DNA from: a virus
Strand: one strand, 5' to 3'
Length of the DNA stretch: 64,000 nt
IMG/VR virus record: IMGVR_UViG_3300006175_000002
Span: 39,390 to 103,389 of that record
The translations under genes and the position numbers were made by a program. The notes beneath the pieces were generated by a model, which was not told the origin of the DNA, did no database searches, and worked only from the letters and a program-made list of their open reading frames with translations. Below are positions 9,701-18,600 of the stretch, piece by piece (within the stretch, counting starts at the first letter, position 1; every line of letters begins with the position of its first letter).

Positions 9701-11020
9701 CCGGCCGCACCCCTTGCACGACTTGCCGCCCTTGGTGAGGTCGGCCTCCATCATGTCCGTCTTCTCGTCCTCATCGTCGTCGATGGGGTCGTGGCGGAAC
9801 GGGCGCTGCTGGCCTTGCAGGTTGTACGGCGCCAACCCGGTCGGATTCGGTGACGTTGTGGTGAAGTTCTTCCCCGTCCACGACTCCGGCAATGCCGCCT
9901 CGAACTCCGGACCCTTCCGGCGAGCGATCGCGCGGAGCCGGGCCTTGAACTTACGCATCGGAATCAGCGGCTTCGCCCGGCCGTAGCTGGATACCGCGTC
10001 GGACACGTCACCGGGGGAGTGGATCGGGAACCGGCGCCCGTCCGGGTCGATGAAGTCCTGCGCGTCCATCGCGTCCCGGTCGACGCCGCCACCCACGTTC
10101 GGGTCGACGTTGCGTTTCGCCAACCATGTCTGGTAGCCCTGCGCGGTACCGTCCAACCCCAACTCGTGGCCCTCAGCGTCCCACGCCTCCCACTGGCTCA
10201 TCGCGGCCATCTTCGCCAGGAACGCGGTACCGGGGCCGATGTCGCTGGCGGGGGCCTTCGGTTCCCGGGCCAACCAGTCGGCGCGGGCCGTAGCGTACGA
10301 CTTCTGCGTGTCCTCGGGCTCGCCGTCGTCTTTCTTGCCGTCGCCGTTGTCGCCGCCGTCGGTGTCGTCTTCCTGCTCCTGCACGTCCTCGTCCTGAGCG
10401 TCGTCAGCTTCCGCCTTGCCGCCCTTCGCGTCGCCCTCGTCGGGCTTGCCGCCCTTGGTCACCAGCGCCGCCGCCTCGGCCTTCACGAGCAGGTCAACAA
10501 GGTCACCGTGAGTCCACGCCGCGTCGTCGCCGGCGGATTTGACCAGCGTGATCCCGCACCCGTCGTTCGCGGGCCGGTCCACGAGGCTGATCTCCGCTAC
10601 TTCCCCGCCGGTCACGATCCCACCACGCGCCTTACCGGTGAGGTCCCGTTTGATCGTGGGCCGGGCGATCCCGACGGAGTAGGCGCGGAGCACACCGGCG
10701 CGGACCAGTTTCATCGCGGTCGGTTCCACGATCAGCGACTTCACCCAGTGCCCGCCGTCGCCGTCGCGGTCAACCTCGACGGAAACACCGCGGCCGGCTG
10801 GATAGAGCTGTGGATTATGGGAGACGCGTACGTTTCCGCCCGTCTCGAGCCATTTCTGGATCGCCGATCCGGACCACTCCGGCGAGACAACTTGATCATC
10901 GGCATCGACACGACCATCGCTCGCCTTGCCATAGACCATGATGCCGTCGTCGACCTCCTCCATCTTGGCGATGGGGATGCTCATGTAGAGCTTGTGGTCT
11001 GCTGCCAAGGTGGCGGCCAT
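6788..11020 (-). CDS. prohead protease-scaffold polyprotein with zinc ribbons and accessory domains
   Basis: N-terminal HK97-type protease (VYGKAS..DADDQVV, YSVG, EISLVDRPAN); RFPIHS..DV..A motif (DUF6582-like); two double-CxxC ribbons; C-terminal coiled coil. Confidence 0.85.
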   Translation of the reverse strand: MAATLAADHKLYMSIPIAKMEEVDDGIMVYGKASDGRVDADDQVVSPEWSGSAIQKWLETGGNVRVSHNPQLYPAGRGVSVEVDRDGDGGHWVKSLIVEPTAMKLVRAGVLRAYSVGIARPTIKRDLTGKARGGIVTGGEVAEISLVDRPANDGCGITLVKSAGDDAAWTHGDLVDLLVKAEAAALVTKGGKPDEGDAKGGKAEADDAQDEDVQEQEDDTDGGDNGDGKKDDGEPEDTQKSYATARADWLAREPKAPASDIGPGTAFLAKMAAMSQWEAWDAEGHELGLDGTAQGYQTWLAKRNVDPNVGGGVDRDAMDAQDFIDPDGRRFPIHSPGDVSDAVSSYGRAKPLIPMRKFKARLRAIARRKGPEFEAALPESWTGKNFTTTSPNPTGLAPYNLQGQQRPFRHDPIDDDEDEKTDMMEADLTKGGKSCKGCGRAYDADAKTRKCEGCGKKLPKATMVTKAGGLKCFKCGASNEPGARRCADCGKKLPKMLGKAAQALLTKAGVHEWKHGWIWVGPGPNPRLHGHMKAHHEAMAKGKWAEATNHLHAASMVANSDKDKALADRLMEHAGRITSGAPSTSGKMTVAERNLHQHLAMAHDEAAHGQHDQAMHHVMQANEQRKRLERRHGKETEPKAGSFIGNVPSTHGNARPVPEDDSNVPATHDADRALTERQHRIEQEVRAEWARAEADGKKPQKRVPTTAARAGEIAARHFAEAREQRHTELLGGAKPAKGPGHDSFDGRSRPAWQAEARREGVKPRRGAPAHEIAGQVGEHRHRRALENSFAINPYGHGSNQIHDASGPRKLTREEQAAAVEQAVARFRAEHDAKVGRLGDSTGMGIYPTVQGNQAAHEARMRRGGGMIDAPPVRTLSGSTPLGHGPVRAMPGSQAARDEAARASVSQGEHPGDAAWRKLAGASNRDAAASIMGGMKAAELRALADRWNVDTKRSNGKPFTKPMLVDELAGAYGRNAKLRGIHRIKAAGVDMAKSTAPPSDKKRLLPPDVLPAGPHREPDGDAVEALEADAGMTTTPDIEHDHVSASVMKTYATQRMHDALCPAYEWGAVTQAYPALSSVADAVDPSVFDTLVLKAAETGNTTEVVYAGVLHDNADIIVQHLEPAMLADARADMVAKSFGPPPQPEDYRRGYIAAGHATMTAPATRIPMVPPVAHTIHPDDFHRGLITEGHQAQSPSDRGDNLPTTSTASGAARDFYTTASRAAVATTMKALHDHLVATIPGMCPMAESRPVMPADMQATSRPHPTDPAAIAYATKSYSDDDYDEQPPVAAGLNEYALAQLIKGAVKSAVVKATKSHRREIDALRAEIDELGAAPDPTQAPIRGAVTVAKAQTTAPAIVPVERVSLVEQAQLQKAAADADYVTYLQKMAGSDNPTIREQAEDQLGRLLTKIS

Positions 11021-11097
11021 CGCGACTCCTTACTTCGACATTGGTGCGCAAGAGATCTGCGCACCCGACAGGGCGCGCTGATGGAGGGGGTGGCGGG

Positions 11098-14000
11098 TCA
11101 GGCGGCGAGGAGTACGGTGCGGGCTTTCCACACGTACTCGGCGGCGCGGAGGATCATGCTGTATTCGTCGGCGGTCAACGCGGCCTTGTTCGCGGAGCCT
11201 TGCGCCTGGGCGCGGCGTACCCGCTCCTCCCAGTCGGCTTCGATCCGGTTCGCGACTTCGGTGTAGAGCTTGGCCATGTCCTGCCACGTCTTGTACCGGT
11301 TGTCGTAGCGGCCGAGGTCGCTGGCGTCGGCGTCGGCGATGTTGCGTTGCCGTAGCTCGGCGGCTTCCCGCAACCGCTGCACGGCTTCGGTGGGGGACAG
11401 CCGGTTCGCGACGGAGGTGTTGCGGTGGAAGCCTTGCAGGATCTGTTGCAGCGTCGAGTCTGCCGCCTGGGTGGTGCCGTACTGGTTGGTCAGGCCGGAT
11501 GGTACGCCGAGCCCGTCGGCGGCTTCTGTGATGTGCTGGGCAACGTTGGCCGGGGTGAACGGCATGGGTTTGGGTCCGTACCGGTGGACGTGGGCTTGTT
11601 CCGCGGCGGCGTGGGCGAGGCTGCCGGTGGTGTGGTTGGTGGAGTCGTGCGAGACGAGTTTGGTACTGCCGCGCCGTTCAGGTTCGACAACGATCGCCGA
11701 GTACGGATCTGAGGGTTTGCGCTCATCAGGTACGACCCATGCCCGGTTCGTGCCGGGTGCGGCGTCCCAGACCCGTCCGGTGCGTTGACTGGTGGTGCCG
11801 TCTTCGTGGTGGTGGGTCCAGGCAACCTTGGCGCCGGGGTCCAGGCCGGTCGGTTCAACGTAGTTGACCTCGGCGGGGGCTTTCGGAGCGAGGCCATGGG
11901 TACCACGGCGGGCCGGCTTCGGGATCAGCGACGGCAGCGGCTTCACCTTGACCGGTGGGGCGTCCTTCACGTGGGGTTGCAGGACGGCCTTGATTTCCTC
12001 CAGCGACCCGAACGGCTTCCCCTCGTTGTCGGACGCCTGGGGCCGGTCGGGGTGCCACCGGTTCGCGCGGGCAGCGGCGATGGCTGGACCCTCGTCGATC
12101 GTGCCGGTCGGGAGGACATGGAACTTGTCGCGGTTGAAGCCGGCAGGGACCTTGACGGGGCTGCTGGTCGGGTGGTCGCCGAGGTCGCCGTACCGCAGCG
12201 GATGGTACGTCTTGACTTCACCGTCCTTGCTGGCGCTGGCCACGCGAACCAACTCGAACTGCTTGCCCTCCTGCCGGCCGCCGCCCTGGTGGTACGTGGT
12301 GGACGTGGTTTCGCGGATGGCGAGGTCACCATGCTTGGCGCGGGCGCCGGTGACTACCGGCCGGCTGGCGGCGAGCGCCTGCCGGGCCGCTGCGGCGCGG
12401 GTCGCTTGCTCGGCTGCGGCGGCTTCCGCCCGGACTCGTTCGGCGGCGGCCTGCGCCTGCATCTCCTTGACCTTGGCGGCTTCGCCTGCGAGGACCTTTG
12501 CGTCTTCGTCGGTGGGCTTGACGTGGATCTGGTTCAGCGGTACCCAGTTCGGGTACTTCCGCTCGCCTTCGGTGGAAACCACGGCGCCGTCGATGCCGTG
12601 GTTTCGTTCGAGTCGTACGACGTGGCCGGTGCTGAACCCACCGTGCTTGACTCGGTCGCCGGCCTGGACCGGGCGGGATGAGCGGGTGGCGGGCATCGTG
12701 AACTCGTGCGCGTCGTTCGGCCGGGCCGGCTCGCCGAGCGAGGCAGGCAGGTCGGTCTGCGACACCCGTGGCATCTCGGTGCCGGTACGCCCGAACACGC
12801 TGCCCGGCTTGCGTAGCTGCCCGGTCCGCTCCTTGTAGCCGACGGATTGGTTAACCAACTGTTCGATCAAGTCGGCTTTCTTCGTCTTCCTGGGGCCGAA
12901 TGATCGGTAATTGTGCTGACGCCGGTAGGAGTCGTTGATGTCGCGCAACTCGGTCATGCTGCGACCTTGGAGCATCGCCCTAGCCTGGTCCTTGCTGGTG
13001 GCCTCGTGGAGTCGCCTGGATACCTGCCACGATTCTTCTTTGGGCGGCTCGGGCGGCTTGACAATGCTCTCCGGCACCGCGACGGCAACGGCTGGCGCCT
13101 CCGCCTTCGGTGTCGCCGGCCGGTGGTCGGTGACCCGCGCCCACGGGTATTTGACGTCCATGCCGCGACCGGCGTCGATCTGGACGGTCTTCTCGTTGGC
13201 TTTCTGGACCCGCCACCACGTTCCGTCGACCTTGATAGCGTCCCCGGCCGACACGGTGTGCTTGCTGTACTTGCCGGCGGCGTCCCGCCGGGCGGTCAAC
13301 TCCTTGAGTTGCGCCTCGGCGCGGATGTGCTGCGACTGGGCTGCGTCCCGCGCTTTGCGCGCCTCGACGTAGCGGCTCAGTTGCGCATCAGTGCTGCCCC
13401 GCCGGCCACCGCCGCTGCCGCCGGTACCGAGGGGGAAGTGTTCCCCGAGTGCTTCGGCTTTCGGGTCACGGGATGCCGCCTGAAATGCTGCCTCGGCCCG
13501 GTCGAGGCGTTCCCGGGTGACCTTGACGCGGGCCTCAGCATCGGCGATCTTACGGTCACCACCCGATGGCGCCGCCGCCGGCAGGTCGGCCTTTTGGCGC
13601 TCGATCTCGCTCCGGATCTGGTCGTACAGGCTCCGCGGCGGGGGGTTGGCCGTGTTCGCGAACACGGCGTCCAGGTTCTCGTCGGTGGGTTCATCCGTGC
13701 GCCCCTCGCGCACCACGTCCGCGATCCACTTGCCGGCGAACGACGAGGCGCGGCTCTGGTCCTTGGCCTCTTGCGACCCCCGCGCAGGTACCGCCGCTGC
13801 CGGAGTTGGCGCAACGGGCGCCGGCGGCTTGACTACCGCCGCCGGGCCCATGCGGTCCGTCTGCACCTGCGCATCCGCCGCCAGCCGATGCTCCGACTCG
13901 GACAGTGGGCGCTTCTTCGACGCGTTGTGCGCCACCCGGGACACGAAACTCATCCGCTCCGGCCCGGTAGCGGAATGCTCGAACGCCGCCTTGTGACCCG

Positions 14001-14244
14001 AGGAGAAGTGAACCTCGCTGGTCTTCTTCCCCGCCCGTACCACCCTGCCGTGCCCGTGCGTCGGGTGGTGCACCAGCGAACCGACACCGGGTGCCCCGAC
14101 GAAGATCCAGCCGTGTTCGTAGCCCTTCGGGCCGACCTTCAGCAGCTCCGCCCGTGCCTGCTCGCAGACCATCGGATCCGCCGACTTCGTCAGCCCAACT
14201 AGGTACGCCACGTACTCCTCGTCGACCAGTACGGCAGTGTCCAC
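11098..14244 (-). CDS. large multidomain protein, probable capsid-packaged cargo
   Basis: N-terminus resembles the scaffold C-terminus; LLKVGPKGYEHGW motif; SH3/Tudor-like and HeH-like segments. Confidence 0.7.
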   Translation of the reverse strand: MDTAVLVDEEYVAYLVGLTKSADPMVCEQARAELLKVGPKGYEHGWIFVGAPGVGSLVHHPTHGHGRVVRAGKKTSEVHFSSGHKAAFEHSATGPERMSFVSRVAHNASKKRPLSESEHRLAADAQVQTDRMGPAAVVKPPAPVAPTPAAAVPARGSQEAKDQSRASSFAGKWIADVVREGRTDEPTDENLDAVFANTANPPPRSLYDQIRSEIERQKADLPAAAPSGGDRKIADAEARVKVTRERLDRAEAAFQAASRDPKAEALGEHFPLGTGGSGGGRRGSTDAQLSRYVEARKARDAAQSQHIRAEAQLKELTARRDAAGKYSKHTVSAGDAIKVDGTWWRVQKANEKTVQIDAGRGMDVKYPWARVTDHRPATPKAEAPAVAVAVPESIVKPPEPPKEESWQVSRRLHEATSKDQARAMLQGRSMTELRDINDSYRRQHNYRSFGPRKTKKADLIEQLVNQSVGYKERTGQLRKPGSVFGRTGTEMPRVSQTDLPASLGEPARPNDAHEFTMPATRSSRPVQAGDRVKHGGFSTGHVVRLERNHGIDGAVVSTEGERKYPNWVPLNQIHVKPTDEDAKVLAGEAAKVKEMQAQAAAERVRAEAAAAEQATRAAAARQALAASRPVVTGARAKHGDLAIRETTSTTYHQGGGRQEGKQFELVRVASASKDGEVKTYHPLRYGDLGDHPTSSPVKVPAGFNRDKFHVLPTGTIDEGPAIAAARANRWHPDRPQASDNEGKPFGSLEEIKAVLQPHVKDAPPVKVKPLPSLIPKPARRGTHGLAPKAPAEVNYVEPTGLDPGAKVAWTHHHEDGTTSQRTGRVWDAAPGTNRAWVVPDERKPSDPYSAIVVEPERRGSTKLVSHDSTNHTTGSLAHAAAEQAHVHRYGPKPMPFTPANVAQHITEAADGLGVPSGLTNQYGTTQAADSTLQQILQGFHRNTSVANRLSPTEAVQRLREAAELRQRNIADADASDLGRYDNRYKTWQDMAKLYTEVANRIEADWEERVRRAQAQGSANKAALTADEYSMILRAAEYVWKARTVLLAA

Positions 14245-14247
14245 CGG

Positions 14248-15699
14248 TCATGCCCCCTTCGGCGGTTTCGGCAACGCGTTCGCGTACTGGTCAAGCTTCT
14301 CCGCCAACTCGCGGGCCTGAGCAGGCGTCAGGGACGACATCCACCCCTGCTCCCGCTCGTCCTGTGACATCGGATCCCACGGCTTATCGCCGCGCTCATG
14401 GGCGGTGACACGAATGATCGGCTGGTCGCCGGTGGTGTCGAGGTGCATGTGCAGATCAGTCGGGTCCATGTCTAGGTCCCGCTTTTCCTTCACGACCCGG
14501 CGGAGCCGTTTCTCATCCACGCTCGATGCTGGGATATGCGGGGCGAGGAGGGCGAGGAGGTCCTTGTAGGTGATCGGTAGTTCCTCGCCGTCGATATCCA
14601 TCTTGTCGCCGAGTTCGATCCGGTTCCGTTCGGCGTAGTTCTGGATCAGTTCGGCAGCGCGGGAGTGTTTCGTCGGCTTCGTGATGGTGGGTTTCTCACC
14701 CGACTCAGCAATCGTGGCAAGGTCGCGGAGGTGGTCGGCGGCCTGGCGGGCGCCTTTCGCGTCGAGGTTGGCCGTCGATGGCGTCGTTGATCCGCTGGTG
14801 GTTTCGACACCGATTTCGGGGGCATCGTCGTCGTAGTTGAAGATGTGCAGATCAACGGGGGTGTTGCCGGTTTCGATGCGGTGGCTGGCGTGGTAGGTGA
14901 TACCGGAATGATTCGCCCGACCGCTGGTGTATCCGAGCGCATCATGCACACCCGCGTCGACGGGGATCCATCCGTGCCAGTACTTCTGGCCCGGCTTCGG
15001 GATCCGGTCCCCTTCCGCCTTGATTAGGGTGGCCGCCGCGTTCTTCTTCTTGACCTTGTGGCCCTTACCCCACGCCGCCGTGGCCGCCGACAGGGCTGTC
15101 TGCTCGGCAGAGATTCGGCTCTCGACGGCCTTCAGCGCGGCAACGGCCCCGACCCGGCGGCGAGCCATTGTGGCCTGCGTGTGGGCGGTCGCGTTGGCTT
15201 TGCCCGCTTCGGCGTCGAGCGCGGCGACCCGGGCGGCGAGTTTCGCCTGTCGGGCTTTGAGGTGGGCCATGGTGACGGCGATACGCAGGATCGCGGCGGC
15301 GGCAGCCCGTTTCGCCGGCGACATGTGCCGCATGCTGTTCGGGATGCCGTACTGTTTGCGGGCGGCTTCCCGGGCGGCGTGGGAGTCGGCGTAGCCGCTG
15401 TGTGCGGCATCGTCGCGGGCGAGCCGGTCAGCGACCTCGCCGCCCTGGACGGCGTCGTCGTAGCGGGACTGGGCATCGTGCTGGCGGCGTTCCCGCCCGC
15501 GGCGCTGCGACGTTTCGGACGTGGTGGTAGTGGTACCACCAGTGGTCCACCGGCCGGCGGCGCGGGGTTCGGCGAGGTTGAACCCGTACTTGAGGAGCGT
15601 GTCACGGGCCTGCTCCGCGGTGGTGCGGTCAGCGGATTTGGTGAGCACTGTGAGGTAGGCGATGTACTCGTCGGGGTCGACGTTGGTTAGGACAGCCAC
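14248..15699 (-). CDS. multidomain protein, probable capsid-packaged cargo
   Basis: Same N-terminal YIAYL..LTKSAD...EQAR..LLK motif; FN..EPR..GRWT and YWHGW motifs. Confidence 0.7.
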   Translation of the reverse strand: MAVLTNVDPDEYIAYLTVLTKSADRTTAEQARDTLLKYGFNLAEPRAAGRWTTGGTTTTTSETSQRRGRERRQHDAQSRYDDAVQGGEVADRLARDDAAHSGYADSHAAREAARKQYGIPNSMRHMSPAKRAAAAAILRIAVTMAHLKARQAKLAARVAALDAEAGKANATAHTQATMARRRVGAVAALKAVESRISAEQTALSAATAAWGKGHKVKKKNAAATLIKAEGDRIPKPGQKYWHGWIPVDAGVHDALGYTSGRANHSGITYHASHRIETGNTPVDLHIFNYDDDAPEIGVETTSGSTTPSTANLDAKGARQAADHLRDLATIAESGEKPTITKPTKHSRAAELIQNYAERNRIELGDKMDIDGEELPITYKDLLALLAPHIPASSVDEKRLRRVVKEKRDLDMDPTDLHMHLDTTGDQPIIRVTAHERGDKPWDPMSQDEREQGWMSSLTPAQARELAEKLDQYANALPKPPKGA

Positions 15700-18600
15700 G
15701 GTGTCATCTCCCTAACCAGGTCGGGCTTCTTCATACGTTTCACCTCGTCGCGCCCGCCGAGCGTGCCGACGATGCCGTGCAGGCGGGCCAGCTCGCGGAG
15801 CGCGGCGACGGGGAGCGCCTTGAGGGTGGTTTCGGTGTCGCCGCCGGCCCGCAGGTGCTGGAGGGCTTCCTGGGCGGCTTCGGTCGGACCCAACTTCGTC
15901 GGCTTCGGGGCGGTAATCGGGTCCAGGCGCTGCCCCTGGCCCGGTACGCGTTCCTCGATCTTGATGTCGTGGGCTGCGTCCACGATCGGCATGCGGCGCT
16001 CGCGGCGCCGCTGGTTCTCGGGGCCGCCGTTGATCCGGTCAATGTGGTGCTGGCGCAGCGCCAGGGCTTCCTCTTCGCTGCCGGCGTGGCCGAGGACAGC
16101 GGTCGTCTGGCCACGGTTGTTGACCTGCACCACCTGGTACTGCACCGGCCCGGCCGGGCTCGGCGGGGTTTCAGCGGCGCGTACCGCGGCCGGACGGCGC
16201 CCACGGGGCGCGATCGCGACCCGGGCCGGCACGTCCGGGGTACCCGCCGGCTGGACCGTAGCCCGTGACACCGGCACCCGCTCCCCGCCGGGCAGGGTCG
16301 CCACGTGCCCAGGCCGGACGATCTCCACCTGGCTGCCTTCACGCAACGGCTGCCCGAACGGATCGTGCGCGCCCCGATTGAACGGCACAACCTCGCCGGC
16401 GGAGCCGACCCGCTCGAGGCCGGCCTGGGTCGCCATATGGTCGGCGGCGGCGAGGAGGGTGGGCGGGTCGTCGGCGAGGGTGGCGAGGTGGGTGGTGTCG
16501 ACCCCGACGCGGTTGCCGTGGGCGGTGATGCGGGCCCGTAGGGCCTGCGGTGAGGCGCCGTGGTTGACCAGTTCGTGGGCTTCGGCGACGACACCACCGA
16601 CGGCGCGGGCCCGGTCGATGTGGGCCTGCCGGGTCCGGGCGGCGTCCTCCGCCGAAACGGTTGGCGTTCGCCGTTCCCGGATGGCTGCCGCTGTTTCCCG
16701 GATGTGCGTGGGCGCGCCGGGCCGGTCCATGGCGAGGATGCGATCCTCCGCCGCCCGAGTTACTTCCGACGCCACCGCAGGCGTGGCCGCCAACTGGTCG
16801 GCCCGGGCCCGCATCTCGTCGACCTGCTGTTGCTGCTCGAGTCGCCGCTGCCATTCGGCGGTCGTGGCGCCCTGGCCGGTACCGACCGGGCCGGCGGGTG
16901 TGTGGTGGCGGCGGCTGGTGGATCCGGCGGCGGGTAGCCCAGCGTCCAGGGCGCGCTGCCGAGCTGCGGCGTGGACGCGCAGCGCCTCGGCCTCCATACG
17001 CGGCGACACCACCGGTGCGGCGGGTGCGGGTGTTGGCATGACCCGGTCGAGCAGTTCCGGGGATGCGTTCCCGCGTCGCAGCAACTCCACCTCAGTCGCC
17101 GCCGCGCTCAGCCGGTCGCCGAGCGGGGTGCCGCGATGCCGGCGCGCCTCCTGCTGCAACACCGCCGCCTCATACCCCCGGCCGCGCTGCGCGCCCGCCA
17201 GCGTGCGGAGCACCTCCGACGTGGCCGGCTTGCCCCGCAGGGGCTGCGTAAACCGCGGGTCGGCCTCCATCTCGCGGCTGAGGTTCGCCAGGTAGGCGGA
17301 CTCAACTGACCGGGCCCGGACCACGTTGCCGGGCAACACCTGCTCCGTGGTGCCATCGGCGAACCGGACCGTGGCGAGATGATGGCCGCCGACGCGGGCG
17401 GTGCCGATGTCGAGGACGGTGGCCTGCTGGTCGGTGCGGTTGTGAAGGGTGGTGGCGATGGTGACGGTGTCGCCGGGGACGAGAGCCGTTCCGTGGGCGT
17501 CGGTTTCCGGTTCCACCCCGGAGCGTGTCAGCGGCTGAATGCCTGGTGTCGGCGCGGTGTTACCTCGCCCCATCGCAATCATGTGGCGGTCGCTGTCACC
17601 GAGCCGGACCGCTGCCGCCCGGTCCCGCGAACGCAACGCCCTAGTGTTGTCGACCGGGGCCACGCGTACGCCGGGCTCCCGGGCCAACTCGCCAAGGGCC
17701 GCATCCACCTCGCCCCGGTTCAGGTCGCCGAGGTCGTCACGTAGATCGGCCAAACCAACCCAGCCGCCGGGAGCCTTGGGTCGCGCGTCGTAGGCAGCCC
17801 GAACGCGATCTTTTACCTCAGCCGTCGACCTAGTCGCCGACAAGGGTGTGACGTGGGTGCCGGGCGCCACGTACGCCACTCCCCGCCATCCGTTCGCACC
17901 ACCAGGCGTTTCCGTGACCTGTACCGCGACCGCGTCACGCTTCTTACGCCCGCGGGCCCCGATGCGTACCCCGGTCGGCTGGGACACGTAGCCGCGCAGG
18001 GTGATCGGTTTCCCGTACTGGTCCTCGCCGACCACCTCGGCGTAGTTGCCGTGCTTCAACTGCTCCACCGGGACCGTTGTGGCCGGCGGGGGTAGGCGCT
18101 CGAGCCAGTTTCCGCCGCGCATAGCCGCCGAGTCGAGACGCGCCCCGACGGTGGCGTGGACGATTCCCTCCCGGCGCTGCCCCACCGGCCCCCGACTGAC
18201 TGACAGGTGATCGGCGAGGGCTTGCAGCTCTTTGCCCTTGATGCCGGCCACGTACTGGCGGGCCTCGTCCCGCGACGACATGGCGTGCAACCGGTCGTAG
18301 TGCTCGGCCGGGGTGGGTGTGCGGGGCACCGTATGCGTCAACTCGCGGGGCAGCCCTGGCGGGAAAACGTCGGGCGTGATGTCCTCTGGCCCTTTGCCGA
18401 GGCCGAGCCACCGGTTGCGTTCCTCTGGGGGCATGGCGTCCCAGATTCGCAGCTTCTGGGCGTTCGTGTACTTCCGGGGCCGCGCCATCGGCGTCTCGGG
18501 CTTCTTCGGCGCGGCGCCCGGTGGGACGTAGCCGGACAGCATGTCTGCGGACACCATGCCACCGCTACCGTCGTCGAACTCCACATGGTGGGCGCTGCCG

